Source: Neoconidiobolus thromboides FSU 785
Lineage: Eukaryota; Fungi; Entomophthoromycota
DNA length: 64,000 nt
Direction of reading: 5' to 3'
Assembly (NCBI GenBank): GCA_025603075.1
Contig: MU626278.1
Span: 62,001 to 126,000 of the forward strand
The notes under the pieces are model-generated. The model saw only the letters and a program-made list of their open reading frames with translations. It had not been told where the DNA came from and ran no database searches. The translations under genes were made by a program, and so were the position numbers. Positions 26,095-40,534 of the stretch are shown here, piece after piece. How positions within the stretch are numbered: position 1 is the first letter of the stretch; every line of letters begins with the position of its first letter.

Positions 26095-29000
26095 ATGGAT
26101 TCTATGGATTTAGAATATGCGAGTAAGTTGGTTGTCCTTTTTTATTACAATGTACTAAAGGATTGTTTTAGAAGCAATCGCAAAGCATCGTCAAACAGAT
26201 AAAGGAAAAAGACCCACACCAATTGTGTTTTCGCCTTTTGTACCCGCACAAAACTTATCAAACTCAAACTCAAACTCAAGTCCCAATCTTAATCGAAGGC
26301 TTTCAACTACTGAAGTTAATCTTGAGCAGTATAATTCTCCAACATCGACTGATTCCAATGCATCCACGCCTTTCCCTTTTTCACCTAATTTCGCACCTTC
26401 GAACTTGTCAAGTTCTGTTTCTAAATTACGTAGAACCTCTCAGTTTTTTTCTCGATTGACAAACTCACTCAGTAAAACGCAACATAAAGGAAGCTCAAAG
26501 GTTGATAAAGGGATTCACCCTATTCGTAGAAATGAAAGTAGTCGCGCTGATTACGCAAACTCCGGATTAAACAATGATTCCGCTTTGACTGCGCCACTAA
26601 ACCGTTCCCATAGCGATTATGATGCACCAACAAATGCAAATGAAAGCTTTAGGAGAGATAGTATGTATAGTGTAAGTAAAAGAAATTCTTTTTTCGATTT
26701 TTAACGCTTAATTTTAGGTCAGAACATCGTGTACCGCCCCAGTATCAAACAACTCATGTCCGTCAAGTCCTAACGATGAAAGTTCTAAAGATAGTTCTTC
26801 TGTTAATGTAAATCATTTAGATAAGAAAAATAATATGGAAGATAATGAATATTATAAGGCTTTGAACTCGTTTAATCAGATGCAGAACAACTTGAGGGAT
26901 TCCATTGCAACTGAAACCAACTTTGAAAACTTAAGAGAAGCATTAAACAACATAAGTTTAAGTGATAGGCAAACCGCTTCTGAAAGGGCTTCTGATGAAA
27001 TTGCTAGGGATTCTTTGTCCATAAGTTTGTCTAGTGATCGTTCAGAGTCTGATTTTGGAACCTTACAAATTAATGATAGATATATCAATGAGACATTGGT
27101 CAATACTCTTTTGAATAACATTGTCCCTAGTCTGTCAAAAGTAAACACCGAATTAAAAGGAACAAACTTGGATGATATTGATGGCGATTCTATTTCTCCT
27201 GATGCTTCTCCTGATACTAAAAACGAAGATGAAGGATCTTCTGAAGTGGCATCTAATAGTGAATCAGCTTCAGTAGGAGAAAATGCCACTGATGAGGAAG
27301 CCCCCTATGCACTAGCAAAAAAGTTGTATGAGAATAGCTACCCATCTCTATCAAATGAAGAGTATGCTGAATTTATGGGGAAAAGGTATTTATAGAAAAA
27401 TAACAATAATTAAAAACAAATTCTAAAATCATAAACAGGGGCGAATATCACTCACAAGTACTTCGCGCTTATATGGACCATTTTAATTTTACTGGCCAGA
27501 GAGTTGATGATGCGTTTAGGTAATCTTTTTTATTTGGATGTTAATTTTGAATAAAAAATTGACTTTTTTAGGAAACTCTGTACCCATCTATATTTACATG
27601 GTGAAACTCAGGTTATAGATCGTATTTTGGCTGAATTTGCGCGTAGATTCTGGGATTGTAACCCAGGCTCGATATTTCGAAGCCAAGGTAATATAACACA
27701 TATAACTTTATGGTATCTAAAGCTAATTTCTTACAGACGTCGTTTATGCTGTTTCATACTCAATGTTATTGCTTAATACGGATCTTCACGTAGCTAAAAA
27801 TCATACAAAAATGTCAAAGAGTGACTTTGTCAAAAACACACTTTCTGTTGTTGAATCATGTGCACGTGCATCCAGTTTCGAACAGGAAGGATCTGGGTCT
27901 GGGACCAGAATTGATGGTCGTTCAAAATCAATTGAAAGTTACGGGTACCCTAGTCAAGAGGAACTTACGCATACTCTAAAGGTATTTTATATTAGGATAT
28001 AAATCACTCGACTTCACAAACTTAATTGCACTTCTAAAGCATTACTAACATACTTTTTAATATTATATAGGAAATGTATACTTCAATAAAACATAGCCAA
28101 ATCCTTCAACATGTTGAAATCAAATCGCCCAAAATACGCCGTCCTTCAGTTTATTCTTCTCAAAATTCATCTAATAATGAAATAGTCTATAAAACACAGC
28201 CAGTTGGGAAATCTAGTAAGTCCACACATTTTAAAAAGAGTCACCATTGGGAGGTAATATATATATATATTATTTTATAAATCTGACAAACTATAGCTAC
28301 AACGTAAAATGAGTGGTAATTCATTAAACTTGTCTCAAATGAGTACGCGATCTGCTACTCCAGATCTTTTCTTTACTAATGCCAGACCACCTCCACCCCA
28401 ACCTCCAGCTAGCAATGCAAAGATTAATCCTACAGAAGCAGCTGTTTATCCATATCAAAAGGTCGGAGTGCTAATTAGGAAACATTTGTATGAAAGGACC
28501 GATAAAAAAGCAGCCCACCGTACTTGGAAAGAATGCTTAGTTGTAGTTGAAAGAGGAGAAATAAAAATGTACAAAGCAGATAAAACTAAAAGCGGGGGAG
28601 AAGGAGTTGATTTAACAGATGCTAGTCTACAGCTAGGCACATTGTTATTGAGGCATTGTTTAGCTGTAACACTTCCACCGCCTGGATATTCTCCTTCTCG
28701 TCCACATGCCTTTGCATTACAACTTCCTTCTGGGGGGGTGTATATATTCCAAGCACAATCAGCACAACTTATTTCTGAATGGGTAGTCATATGTAATTTC
28801 TGGTCAGCTAGAGAAACTAAGGATCCACTTCCGGGAGGTATCTGTAGTATTGATTATGGATGGGGAACAACTTATGGTGATGGTAAATCTAAATCAAAAG
28901 ATGTTCAAGAAGATGATGATTTGGTAGCAAGTATACTACCAGGACCTGATAGTTATCAACCAATTTCAAGTCGCCAATTATTTAGTGAACAACAAGCACA

Positions 29001-29469
29001 TAAACAGCCAGTTTCACTTCAAGAATGGAAACCTCCAGCACCACCGATGGTTCGCTCTATTTTAGGAGAAGATCAGCAACTTGAAGCATTGATGAGACAT
29101 ATAACCTCTCTAGACACTGAATTAGTTGAACATATGGAATATCGTGGAATTGTACATCGTCGATTTCCACCAAAAACACCATTATATGCTAAAGCCTTTT
29201 CGAATTGGGAACGCAAATCCCAATATTTACTTAGAGAGCTAATTAAATATCAAACATATGCGGACATACTAAAGAAAACATTAGCAGCTAACCGTGGGTT
29301 ATCGAATCCTGATGATCTATTAGGTGTACCAGAAGATGATGTACTTGAATTTGAACCAGCTGATCCCAAAGTAGAGTCCTCAATTGTCGATGATTCTTCA
29401 GGGGATAGACCATTATCAGGGACAACCTATGGTAAAGAAGAGTTTACCTTAGAAGAACTTGAATCTTAA
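26095..29469 (+). CDS. ARF guanine-nucleotide exchange factor, Sec7 + PH domain (PSD/EFA6/Syt1-like)
   Basis: Sec7 motifs LYLHGETQVIDRILAEFARRFWDCNP and YAVSYSMLLLNTDLH...KMSKSDFVKNT. PH domain with SPSRPHAFALQLPSGGVYIFQA and C-terminal NWERKSQYLLRE. Confidence 0.92.
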
Positions 29470-30780
29470 AACAATAGTATAATATCTAGTATTGAGTATT
29501 ATGTATAATACTTTTAAAAAAATAACGTTTGAAACATAACCGAAGTGTAAATCAACTTTAATACTTTCATTAACATAAATTAATAAAAAAATCAAAGAAA
29601 GTTTCAATTATTAGTAGTATATGATACTTTAATGCATCCAATTTATTTACGTACAAACACTTATGATAATTTTAAATACTGATCTTAAAAGAAGTTATAG
29701 CTTTATAAATATATTTGATTTAAATTCCACTATAATGTAAAGTTTGTTGAAATATTTTACCAATAATTTTCATAATTTATATTACAAAATTATGGAAAAA
29801 ATCACAATCAAAAAATTGTTATTTCAATTTTATTGTTATTATTATTATACTCATAATTGTTCAGTTTATATTAATAAACTAAGCCTTAGAAACACTGCTT
29901 ACATTTACTAAAATACTAATTAATTTATATGGATTTTTTTTGATTATATTTGTTTTATTAGACATCTTCTAATATTAAATATTAAAGTATATTGTAAGGT
30001 AAAATTGATTTAAAAAAAATTTTGTTATTTAAAAATACAAAAATTTCATCCTATAGTGTCTTTGAATTCATTGCCCTCTTTCAAATAAACTAATAAGGCT
30101 TTATAATCCTTTTTTACTTTTTTCCTTTCTTCAGAGATTTCACAGTGAAGGAATAAAGCTAAGGCTGGTATTGGAATTGATCCTAAAATAAAATAAGGTA
30201 GAAAACGCTTAAAGAGTCCCGTCTTTAGTCATAATATAATACTGATAAAAACTGGATATGCTTTCTATGAAAAGAAGTGATATTGGTAGCTAACCTAAGC
30301 ATTCTATAAACATATTTTTATTATATGCTTTATATTCTGCCTTTTTATAGATAGGGATTTTAATTCTAGATAAATATCACTTTTCACTTCCATACTATTA
30401 GATTGTTGAAACCTGTTACTTCGACTTAATATCTTTACATGGAAACATAAAATAATATAGTCGTCAATGAAACAATTTAGTAGCTCAGAATAACATATGA
30501 AACTAAAACGGAATTAGATTTACCTAATAAACGTGATAAACTCGATGTCGCTCTCGCGAATTCTATTGTTATGCATATAGCTAATAAAATAAAACCAAAG
30601 GAATCTAACACTGAAATAAGCATAATGTATGTCACTCTTTTGCTTTATTAAATCTAGAGCATCACTCTAATATTATATCAAAATTAGGCACCATCTGAAG
30701 AAAGATTTATATAAGTTACGAAACCAGAAAAAGCCCACCTAAAATAAAGCAAACTTGTCACTCCTATTTAAAGTATAGAT

Positions 30781-30865
30781 AGTGACGTCTTGGTTTCATT
30801 ATTTTTTCATCAAGTGCTATTAAGTGGAAAAATTGTAGTAAAATTATTTAACAAAAAACATACTC
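30781..30865 (-). mobile_element. ~100 bp MITE, copy F (degenerate, shortened to 85 bp)
   Basis: Internal core ttggtttcattatttt...gtgctattaagtggaaaaattgtagtaaaatt is conserved. Flanked by AGAT/AGAT. Confidence 0.75.
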
Positions 30866-31710
30866 AGATGCTAGTTTACTACTCAACCATGTTTTTTAAA
30901 GTTTTAACATGATGAACCTAATCTTAAATTGTATATAAAATGGACAAAGTAGTGAAACCAGAGACTTCCATATTTACTAACCAAAATTAGTTTAATAAAA
31001 GTATGTTTTTATAGCTGGTTTGTTTGTGGAGTGGTTTATTTTATTAACAACTCTGCCCTTAAAATATACTTCCGACCAGTTACTTGTTGGCTATAATATT
31101 CAAGGTAAAAATAAAAATAGTAGCATTAGACATGATGCTGTTTTCTGTAAATCAGCTCTTTTTGATGTAATAAACAAAATCATTATATTATATTAAAATT
31201 GTATTATTAGTCAACTCTGATAAAGAATACCAATATGTTTCTGCTACTAATAATGCTTATTAGCTTGATATTATTCCCTATCAATTTTATAAGAATAGCA
31301 ATGCTTATAAAATGGCAACATTTTCAAGCAAAATTAGGTTAATTTGAAATTAAAACTATAGGACAGAGTTGTAAGCTTATTAATGACTCTGTTATATAAT
31401 GGGAGAGGAAAAGAAATAAAAAATTGAAAAATAAGTCCTATCTTACTCAATAGGGAATTCATAATAGAATTTAGTATATATTATTTTTAAATAGAATGTG
31501 ACTTAGTAGAAACTGCGTATTCTTTAAAAAGTTCAATAAAAGCTGACTCATTTAATAAAAAGTTAAATCCCAAGTTTTTAATTCTATAAAAGTACTTTTA
31601 GAGAGTACAAAAACTTTGCTTCACTTTTTATTTTCTTTATCATTTTGATAGTTTAAAAATATATATAAATAAAAAGATTTTTGTTTTACAAAAATAATAA
31701 TAAAGTAAAT

Positions 31711-34166
31711 ATGGCAAAATTACCCAAAATAGTTGTTAAAAAAAGTACCACTGATGCTGAAGAGTGGATTAAACTTTTCAAAATCATTTTAGCATGTCAA
31801 CTTGGTAACCTTAAAGTGCAATATTTTATATTAGAACAAGATAGTGAAGGTAATTATGGTAATTTTTATTCACTTAGTTATATTAAACAATTGTTTAGGT
31901 ATTACTCTACCTTCCATTGAATTCTTTAAAGAAAAGGTATCTTTTTTTGAACCTAATGCAGCAGTGAGGTAATTAATAAAAATATTATATAGACACAAAT
32001 GATAATAAATAAAATAGATATATACTTAAAGATAGCTATACGCTTGATACCAAAAAGGATATTGAAATAATAAGTACCATTGAAACTGAATCAAAAGAAT
32101 TACAATCATTTGTTAAAGGAAAAACTGAGGCTAAAGAATTATTAGAAAAGATAGAGAAAAAAATCGATAGTTTAGTTAACCAAAACAAATTCAGCTTATT
32201 CTTTAAAACCTTATTCTTTGCTACCTTATATCCTTCCGTTGTAAATAATAACTTTACTTTGGAATCCTTCTCTCAGCTCAATACTTGGTTTAAAGAGTTT
32301 TCAAGCTCAGAAGCAGTTAAAGAAGCTATTAGTTTAACTAATGATTTAGCAGCTGGAAAAGCACCAATAGTAGTCAGTGAAGTTAAAGAGGAAGTAAAAA
32401 GTATAATAGGTGATGAAACTATGCGTAAAATTAAAAAAGATATAGCCGTTGCACCAAAATCAAATGAGCCAAAACTCCCCATTCCTGGAAAAAGAAATGT
32501 TTTAGTCACATCTGCTTTACCTTATGTAAATAATGTACCTCACCTTGGGAATCTTATTGGTTCTCTTTTGAGCGCCGATGTGTTTGCAAGATACTGCCGT
32601 ATTTCTGGTGAGAATTACTTATACATATGTGGTACAGATGAATATGGTACAGCCACTGAAACCAAAGCTTTAGAAGAAGGGGTCAGTTGCCAAGAATTAT
32701 GCGATAAATATAATAAGATCCATCAAGAAGTTTACAAACACTTTGAAATTGATTTTGATTATTTTGGCCGTACTACCACAGAACAACAAACTGTTATCGC
32801 TCAAGATATTTTTATGAAGCTGCATGAAAACGGTTTCACCCATCAAGAAACCGTGTCTCAATTGTATTGTGAAAAATGCGAACGCTTTTTAGCAGATAGA
32901 TACGTAGAAGGTACATGTCCTAAATGTCAATATAATGATGCTAGGGGAGATCAATGTGACCAATGTGGTACATTGTTAAATGCCTCCGAGCTCATAAAAC
33001 CACGTTGTAAATTAGACTCTAATTCACCAGTTTTACGTGATTCAACGCATATTTTCCTTGATCTTCCAAACCTTCAAACAGATTGCGAAAATTTTGTTAA
33101 TAATAGCAGTGAAAAAGGAAAATGGACCACAAATGGTAAAACAATTACAAAGTCTTGGTTAAAGGAAGGTTTGAAGCCACGTTGTATTACACGTGATCTT
33201 AAATGGGGTACGCCAGTGCCTTTAGAAGAAATGAAAAATAAAGTTTTTTATGTTTGGTTTGACGCCCCCATTGGATACCTCTCCATTACAGCCAATTACA
33301 CTAAAGAGTGGGAGAAATGGTGGAAGAACCCAGAACAAGTTGAATTATTCCAGTTTATGGGTAAAGATAATGTACCCTTCCATACTGTTATTTTTCCATC
33401 TGCTCTCATTGGTACAAAAGAAGATTGGACTTTACTCAATCATATAAATACAACAGAATACCTTAATTACGAAGATGGTAAATTCTCCAAATCACGTAAT
33501 GTTGGTGTATTTGGTAACAATGTGATTGAAACTGGTATTCCAGTTTCAGTATGGCGCTATTATCTTCTTTCAAACCGTCCAGAAACAAATGATTCGATCT
33601 TTACCTGGAAAGAATTTATTACCAAGAATAACAGCGAACTTCTAGCCAATTTAGGCAACTTTTGTAACCGTATCCTTAAGTTTGTTGCTTCTGCTAAATA
33701 TCAAAGCGCCATCCCAGCCTTTTCAGTTGATGGCTCACTTGAACAGGGTTTAATTTCAGATGTTAATAAAATAGTAGCTCAATTCCATGCTGATATGAAG
33801 CTTGGCAAACTTCGTTCTGGTATCAAATTACTTATGGAAGTATCTCAGCTTGGCAACGGTTATTTACAAAGCGTTAAAATTGATAACACTTTGTTTAATA
33901 ACCATCGTGAACAATGTGATAATGCTGTTGGTCTTGCAGTCAATCTTGTTTATTTGCTGGCTTCTCTCATGTTCCCATTTATGCCTTCAAGTTCGGAACA
34001 GTTGTGTTCACAATTAAATGCTCCACTTGGTTTACTCTTTGACACCTTTGAGCCTCATACGATCCTCCCTGGCCACATTATTGGTCAACCACAACACTTA
34101 TTCACTAGAATTGATGAGAAAATGGAACAAGTCTATCGCTCTCGTTATGGTGGGGGATCTTCTTAA
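31711..34166 (+). CDS. MES1: Cytoplasmic methionyl-tRNA synthetase
   Basis: TSALPYVNNVPHLGN (HIGH-type), zinc knuckle CPKC...CDQC, KFSKS (KMSKS-type). Two short upstream exons from ATG 31711 encode the N-terminal extension. Confidence 0.97.
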
Positions 34167-34262
34167 ATTTTCTTATAATATTATATTAAAATTAATATCA
34201 GAAGATTAGCTTTATTATTCAATATTTTGATAAAGTATTAGTAAAATAAAAATAAAACGTTT

Positions 34263-34354
34263 AAGGATGTATTTTTTTGTTCAAGTTTTTTTACCATCTT
34301 TTTGCTCAAATAGCGCCTAAATAAAAAAAGTGATGAAACCAAAAAAACATTCTC
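34263..34354 (+). mobile_element. ~100 bp MITE, copy G
   Basis: AAGGATGTATTTT...AAACATTCTC with flanks GTTT/ATTT. Lies ~100 bp downstream of the MetRS stop. Confidence 0.85.
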
Positions 34355-34571
34355 ATTTAATTAAAGATTTAATTCACTATTATTTTATTTATATATATTA
34401 TTTTTTTAAACTTAAGTAAATAAAAGGAGCCCTTCTCCTTTTTTAAAACTTAGCTTATGACTCAGTATCAGGTTTAATACTATAAAGCATTCTTTCATCA
34501 ATTTTCTAAAAAAAGGAGGGTAAAAAGAAACTTTCTACAAAACCAAAGTAGTAATCTTAATCAAGCTTGAT

Positions 34572-37500
34572 TTATGATTCGGCTAAAAAATCTGGATTTA
34601 TACTTGGAAACTCACCATCATTTTGCTTATTAAATGGATTAAAATCAAACGAATTCAATGGTAATTCTTTAGAACTAAAATTTAACTTTGGCCTCGTCTC
34701 ATAAGTGTTACTTGTTGAGTTTAGTGAATTATTAGAATGTCCTATTAGATGATCCATTTCATTACTATTTATTCCAAGGTATTTCTTTGCTCCATTTATC
34801 TCCATTGGGTTTTTATTTCCAAGATGATAATGAGAATAAAAACTAGGTTTATATGAACTTGATTCAGGACCTGTAAAACTAGTAGTCAATGAAGAAACTC
34901 GTATTTGTGGGTAACTCTGTCCGATATCAGGCTGGAATTGGAAATTATTTGATGGGATCGATAGTCCGCCAGTGTTGTTGGTAGATTGATCCAACTCGGA
35001 AGTAGCAAATGTACATAGTTGATAAAATGCACCTATTGAGGATATACCATCTACAAACAAGCTTTTATACTTTTGATAAAGCTGACTTAATGGAACATAA
35101 GGTCGATTTTGTAAAGGTGTTGATAGTCCAAGTCCCATATCTATAAGAAGACTAAAGTATGCATGGCGTGCATGTTCTTGAGTTTGTTGAATAAAATGGT
35201 TTGAAACACCCCCTCTATTATCAATAGGAGGAAGACTATCGTGGAAAACAGCGCCCTCGTTGCTTCCTATTGGGGGAGACTCTAATTCCCTGGACATGTT
35301 ATTTGATTGTGAAAGAGAAGGGTTTAAAAAGGACTTCTCTGGAGCCCATGGCCTAGTATATCCGTTCATATTAAAATTAGGATAAGGAGCATGATTTGTT
35401 CCATAACCCCCGTAATTCCAATAAGGATCTAACATTGGGTTAGTGGGAATTGAGTACATTGAACTATAACTTGGCTTATTAAACCCATTATAAGTTGAAG
35501 ATGTGTAATTCGAGCCCCCAAGTCCAGGCTGATATGGATATTGCATAGTGTAATTAGGGATTGGCGCAATGCCTGGAGGCCCCATAAACGGAGTATTTTG
35601 TGTATTTAAACCGCCTAGTTGTTTTACATAAATTTTAAAGCATAACTAATAATATTAAGAACTTACCTATTGGATTGTTCTCATTTAAATCAAGCAATGG
35701 CTCTATGAAAGGTTGAAAGTACGGGTTCATCTGATCTTTTTCATCCACGTTTCCAATTTCAACAGGGGATCTTTTATCCGAAGATAATTCTGGAAAATCT
35801 GAAAGCGACTTTGCATCAACAATAGTTGACTTGGATAGAGTAACTGGAGTACATGAAGGTATAGGCTTCCATGCTTCAGTACGTGATGATTTAAGCTGGC
35901 TTACGGTTGGTGATTTAATACTATTTAACTGGATATTCTTTTTAATATTAGAATGGCTGTCCACCTTCATTTCATTTGTGTTTATGGTACGTGAATCATC
36001 ACTCTTAGCTCTTCCTTGTTTCTTAACGGGGTTGACCTCCGTCTTATTTACAGAAATAGGAGTGGTCGAGCTCTTATTCTTTAAATGTTGATTTAAGGTA
36101 TCTGAGAGACTACCAATTTTTTCTTTAGGTTCAACATTCTTTTGTTTAGTAAGTTTCGTATTTATAGGAATACTTTCTATGAATTTTTTCTTTGGTGTTG
36201 TAACTAAAGGCTCCTGCTTTTTACTCTCTGTTGATTTTGTAGACTTCTATATTAATTTAATTCATTTACCATTATAAAAATATTAATTGAACTTACCTTA
36301 GTACTTTTAATTTGTTCTGCCTTAGGTGCCTTTTTAATCTTTTCAGCTTCAATTCGAGAGTTTTTTTCCCTAGCCCTCTGTATTTCAGCCTCAAGTTCCT
36401 CTTCAAGCTTTTGTTGTCGTCGAAGTTCTTCTTGTGCTTCAGCTTGTCTCCTTTCCTCTTCCTCTTTTTCTGCTTCTGCTTCACGTTGTTTACGAGCAAG
36501 CTCCTCTTCAAATTTTTTGATGTTTTTAGCAGCTCTAAAATCGAGTTAAATCATGATGAAATATATTGAAAATTAACTTACTTTTTCTTTCCTTTTTTAG
36601 AACTAGCATTTGATTTTGATTTCTCTTCAAGTTCAATTTCCTCTATTAATTTCTCTTGTCTACGTTGAACAAGCTAAAAATAATCAAGATTAATCTTTAT
36701 GATAAGTATAATAAACTGTTTATAAAAATAACTTATTAAGATTGTTTTGTGGTTTTAAATCACAGCAATACAGTTATACTTACCATTTCTCGATAATAAT
36801 TTACAATTCTATGATCAAATAATTTAGTGACATAAATTTGCATCAAAGTTTCATCATCCAGTGAGGTTTTCAACGCGATTTTAATCTTTTCCTCACCTAT
36901 TTCATCTTTACTGTCTGGATTTCTAGAGTTTGCTATCACTGGCTTGTTAAAATAACATTCCTTATCTCCACATCTCGTCTAAAATCTAATTAGTATAATT
37001 TTGTATAAAAGCAGTTAAAAATACCCATGAAGATGTCATTCCCTCAGGGGGATTTGCAGCTGGAAAAGGCGCCCTATCTTCTGGGATTTTCTCTTTTTTA
37101 TTTGAGTCATCCGCGTGAGTCAACAATCGAGGCGAGCCGCCATTTTGTTTACTAAGCCCTAACATATCAGCTGCCAAAGCCATGTTGGCAGCTAAAGAAG
37201 TTAGAGGCGTATGATCACAATTTTCAATACACGGTACCGGTCTCCCACTTGATTTCTCAATTTTATAATGTGGAAAATCTAATTGATGTTTTTCTTTTGA
37301 ATGTTCGACACAAAAATGTAGTTTGCCATCTCTTAACCTTTCATTAGAAAGCCCTTCACTTTTAGCTAATGAAATGGAATTAACTTCATCTGCATAAGTT
37401 GCCATTATTTTCTGTTGATCATATAGCAATTTCTTCGATATTTCGATATATAGTTCTCCGCTATCTTTGATCATTTGAAGCGCGATATTATAGATTTTTT

Positions 37501-38477
37501 CTACAAATTAAATAAATAATTGTTTTTAAAAATTACTAAAAAAATACTTTTCAAATCTTCAACAGAGCCATCAAAAAACTTAGTTTCGGCCGCTTCTTTA
37601 AATATTTTATCAGATGATATCTCCAATTTATCAGCTCTACTAGAACTTTCCAAACTTTGGGCTACTCGATACCTTGTATAAAAAGCTTCGAATTGAACTT
37701 GCATAAATGCCCTTTAATTCCATTTAGTTTTATGAAAAAACGTTTATCTTAATTAAATTACCGTTTGGGATCACACTCAATGCAGGTGCAATTATGATAT
37801 TTTAGATTCAATGGCCCACCTTTAGTACTCTTCATTTTATTTTTCACGTGTGTAGTAAAGAAATATTTACAATCTCCATCAATCTTAAGTATCTTTTTTT
37901 GTAGCTTTAGAGGAAGTGTTCTCCAATGACCAATGGCCAAAGCACGTTCTTCACGCATGCCTTTGGCTCTCCAAATTGAGTTTTCTTCACTGATATCCAT
38001 TTCCTCAGCCTTTTTTTCTTTATTTTTTTTAACTTCGGTTGCTTCTGAAGTCATCCTTTCTTTTATAGCCTTGAAAATACTAAGCTCTTCTTCAAGCTCG
38101 TCATCGCTTGACCACTCACGAACGTTGCCAAATTGTTTTTCTGAAATGGTGAAACTTTTCTCACCCTTTGGGTTGAGGGGGGAACTAAATGTTTCAGTTA
38201 TAATTTTATTTGGAGTAATACGTATTTGAGCGTCAATTTTAGCCGACCTCTTTTCCATAAACTCGGTTGAGCTTTCCAATATATTTTTGAGTTCGGATAA
38301 ACAACTTTCAAGTGGCATCTCTTCTATACTATTTCCACTATTATTTTCTACTTCCTTCTTATGGATTGTAAATTCGTTTGTTTCTATACTCGTTGACTCT
38401 GTTTGTATACACCAATATCTTGTACCTGAACGATCGTATAATAATCTTGTGCTCTTTTTTTCAGATCTTGTTGACAT
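34572..38477 (-). CDS. NST1: Stress response protein NST1-like (salt tolerance down-regulator domain), multi-exon
   Basis: EERALAIGHWRTLPLKLQKKILKI...HNCTCIECDPKR...QFEAFYTRY resembles the NST1 domain (EER..FW.SL...HSCSCSVCGRKR..LYDAY). LMQIYVTKLFDHRIV resembles FQIFAARMFEQRV. Followed by a Lys-rich coiled coil and a low-complexity P/S/Y tail. Confidence 0.75.
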
Positions 38478-40534
38478 TGTTTGTTATAATAACATAAACT
38501 AGCTTTTTAGTTCAATTTTAAAAAGTTATCAACTAAAAACTCCAGGTCAAATTGAATATAAGCTAAATTTACAACCTAACTTTTCTTATCCAGAATTTTA
38601 CACTAGATTTAAATGATTTGCAGCGCTTTAATTTGCTAGCTTTCAATACTTCAATTTTAATTTATTATTCTGAGCTTACAATAAACTGTGAACCCTTTGA
38701 AATCAAACATTAATTAGTGATTCAGATATAACCAATTAAAAGTACAATACTAGCTACTTAACCAATAAAATTAGATATTGATTTATTTTTATTATATTGT
38801 TAGTTTAATATCAGTTTCGTTATATGATTAATATTTATATTAGCTAAATCTATCATGTATATTAAAATATTAGGATAAAATTATTCAACAAACCTACAGT
38901 GCTAATAGCTAAGAAGAATTTTAGTTATCAAATAAGTGAGTGCTTGAGGATATTTTTTGAAATAATGTTTAAAGCTAATACTGTTATAAATTTAATAATA
39001 TAATAAAAATATTGAAATTATGATATTTTAAAAAAACTGCATTTAGCTCTTTGTGATGATTCTGATGATTATGAAATACTGGTATGTTTATACATTCCTG
39101 GTATACTACAGGATATTATTCTATAAATTTAAACAATCGTTAAAAGAATTATTGTTTTAATAAAAATAAATAAAAAGCAGATAAATATCATTTTTTATTC
39201 TATTTTATTTTTACTCAATTTTATTATGGTTTTGTATGCCATTGCAAGATGCCTCAGTGATTTTATATTATTCCATTAAGCATATTAATCACAACAAAAA
39301 CAAATAAAAACTATTAGAACTAATATATATCAGTTTGTCTCGACTATATGATATCTTTTTTTATAAATATTACAAAATATCAAAATAGCTATTGCTTAAA
39401 CTAAAACACATCTTTGAAAATGTTTCCAACATTTGTTGAATTTTATGAACATAAATAAAAGTTTAATTTACTATTTATTAATTTATCACTTTTTTAAAAA
39501 GACTATAATAAATATAGATACTTGATCATATAGTATATATATACAAAGAATAGTATTTTATACTAATGACTTCTATTTAGTTTGACATATACATTGCTAA
39601 AAAAGCTCAAGGTTTGTTAAAATAAAATTTGCTGGTAAAAAAGCTATAAAAATACAGTGATGAGAAACAAGGAGCTATTAGAAAAAGTATAAACAAAATA
39701 ACTGTAGGGACACACATAAATATAAATATACACATATACATACACATACATTAAATATTTAGTATTCAAGAATGAATAATTGTAACGATCGCTTCAGTAA
39801 GCTTTTGGTACTTTAAAATTAAAATTAAGCTAGAATTAGTACTGACTTAATTATTTTATTATAAATGGGCTTTCAGAATGTAATTTGGTTGTGCTTCACT
39901 TAAATGACAATAACGTTGGGTTTGCAATATATGAAAACATATATAGCGGAAGGGCCATATAAACAATCTAAAGTTACCTTGTAGCTTAATTTATTTTTGC
40001 TGCTTTTTTAACTGTTTGAAAAAATGTTATAAATCCTGAATTAGTCTGTTATTAAATATTATTGAAATCCTATTTTGTATGTTAGATAGTTTGGATATTT
40101 AGTTGTTAAAAAAATTGTATTTTAATGATAATACAGTATACATGTCATAATCAGAAAGAAATAAAGCAGTAGAGATTTTCTATTTTTTACAATATTTAAT
40201 CCAATTCAATTATTTTAAACTGTGGATTTTCAATGATATTGTATTATAGCATATAGATTTAGTATGATTATTAAATTTAAGCTTATTAATGTTATAATAC
40301 TTTATTATAGTTTGAAAAAGACATATTTATTAAAATATTTGTTAACAAATAAAGTTGTTATTTTATATAATTGTCAAAATTTATAAGGAATTTGATAAAT
40401 AAAGAGTAATTAGTAAAATTAACAAATGATTTGACGGATAGATTATTTGGACAAGTTTGTTCCTGATTAAGCACTTAAATATATTTTACTAGTCTTCAAG
40501 TTCTTTCCTTCCAAATCTTTTTGATTTAACGAAT

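Noticed and set aside
26223-38502. Overlapping or antisense ORFs (26223, 26876, 28455, 32273, 33250, 33802, 34018, 35831, 36312, 37933, 38287)
   Set aside because: Alternative-frame or antisense shadows of the Sec7, MetRS and NST1 exons with no recognisable motifs.
39655-39710. GTGATGA C-box-like motif upstream of RACK1 (another at ~39054)
   Set aside because: No properly spaced CTGA D box with a terminal stem.
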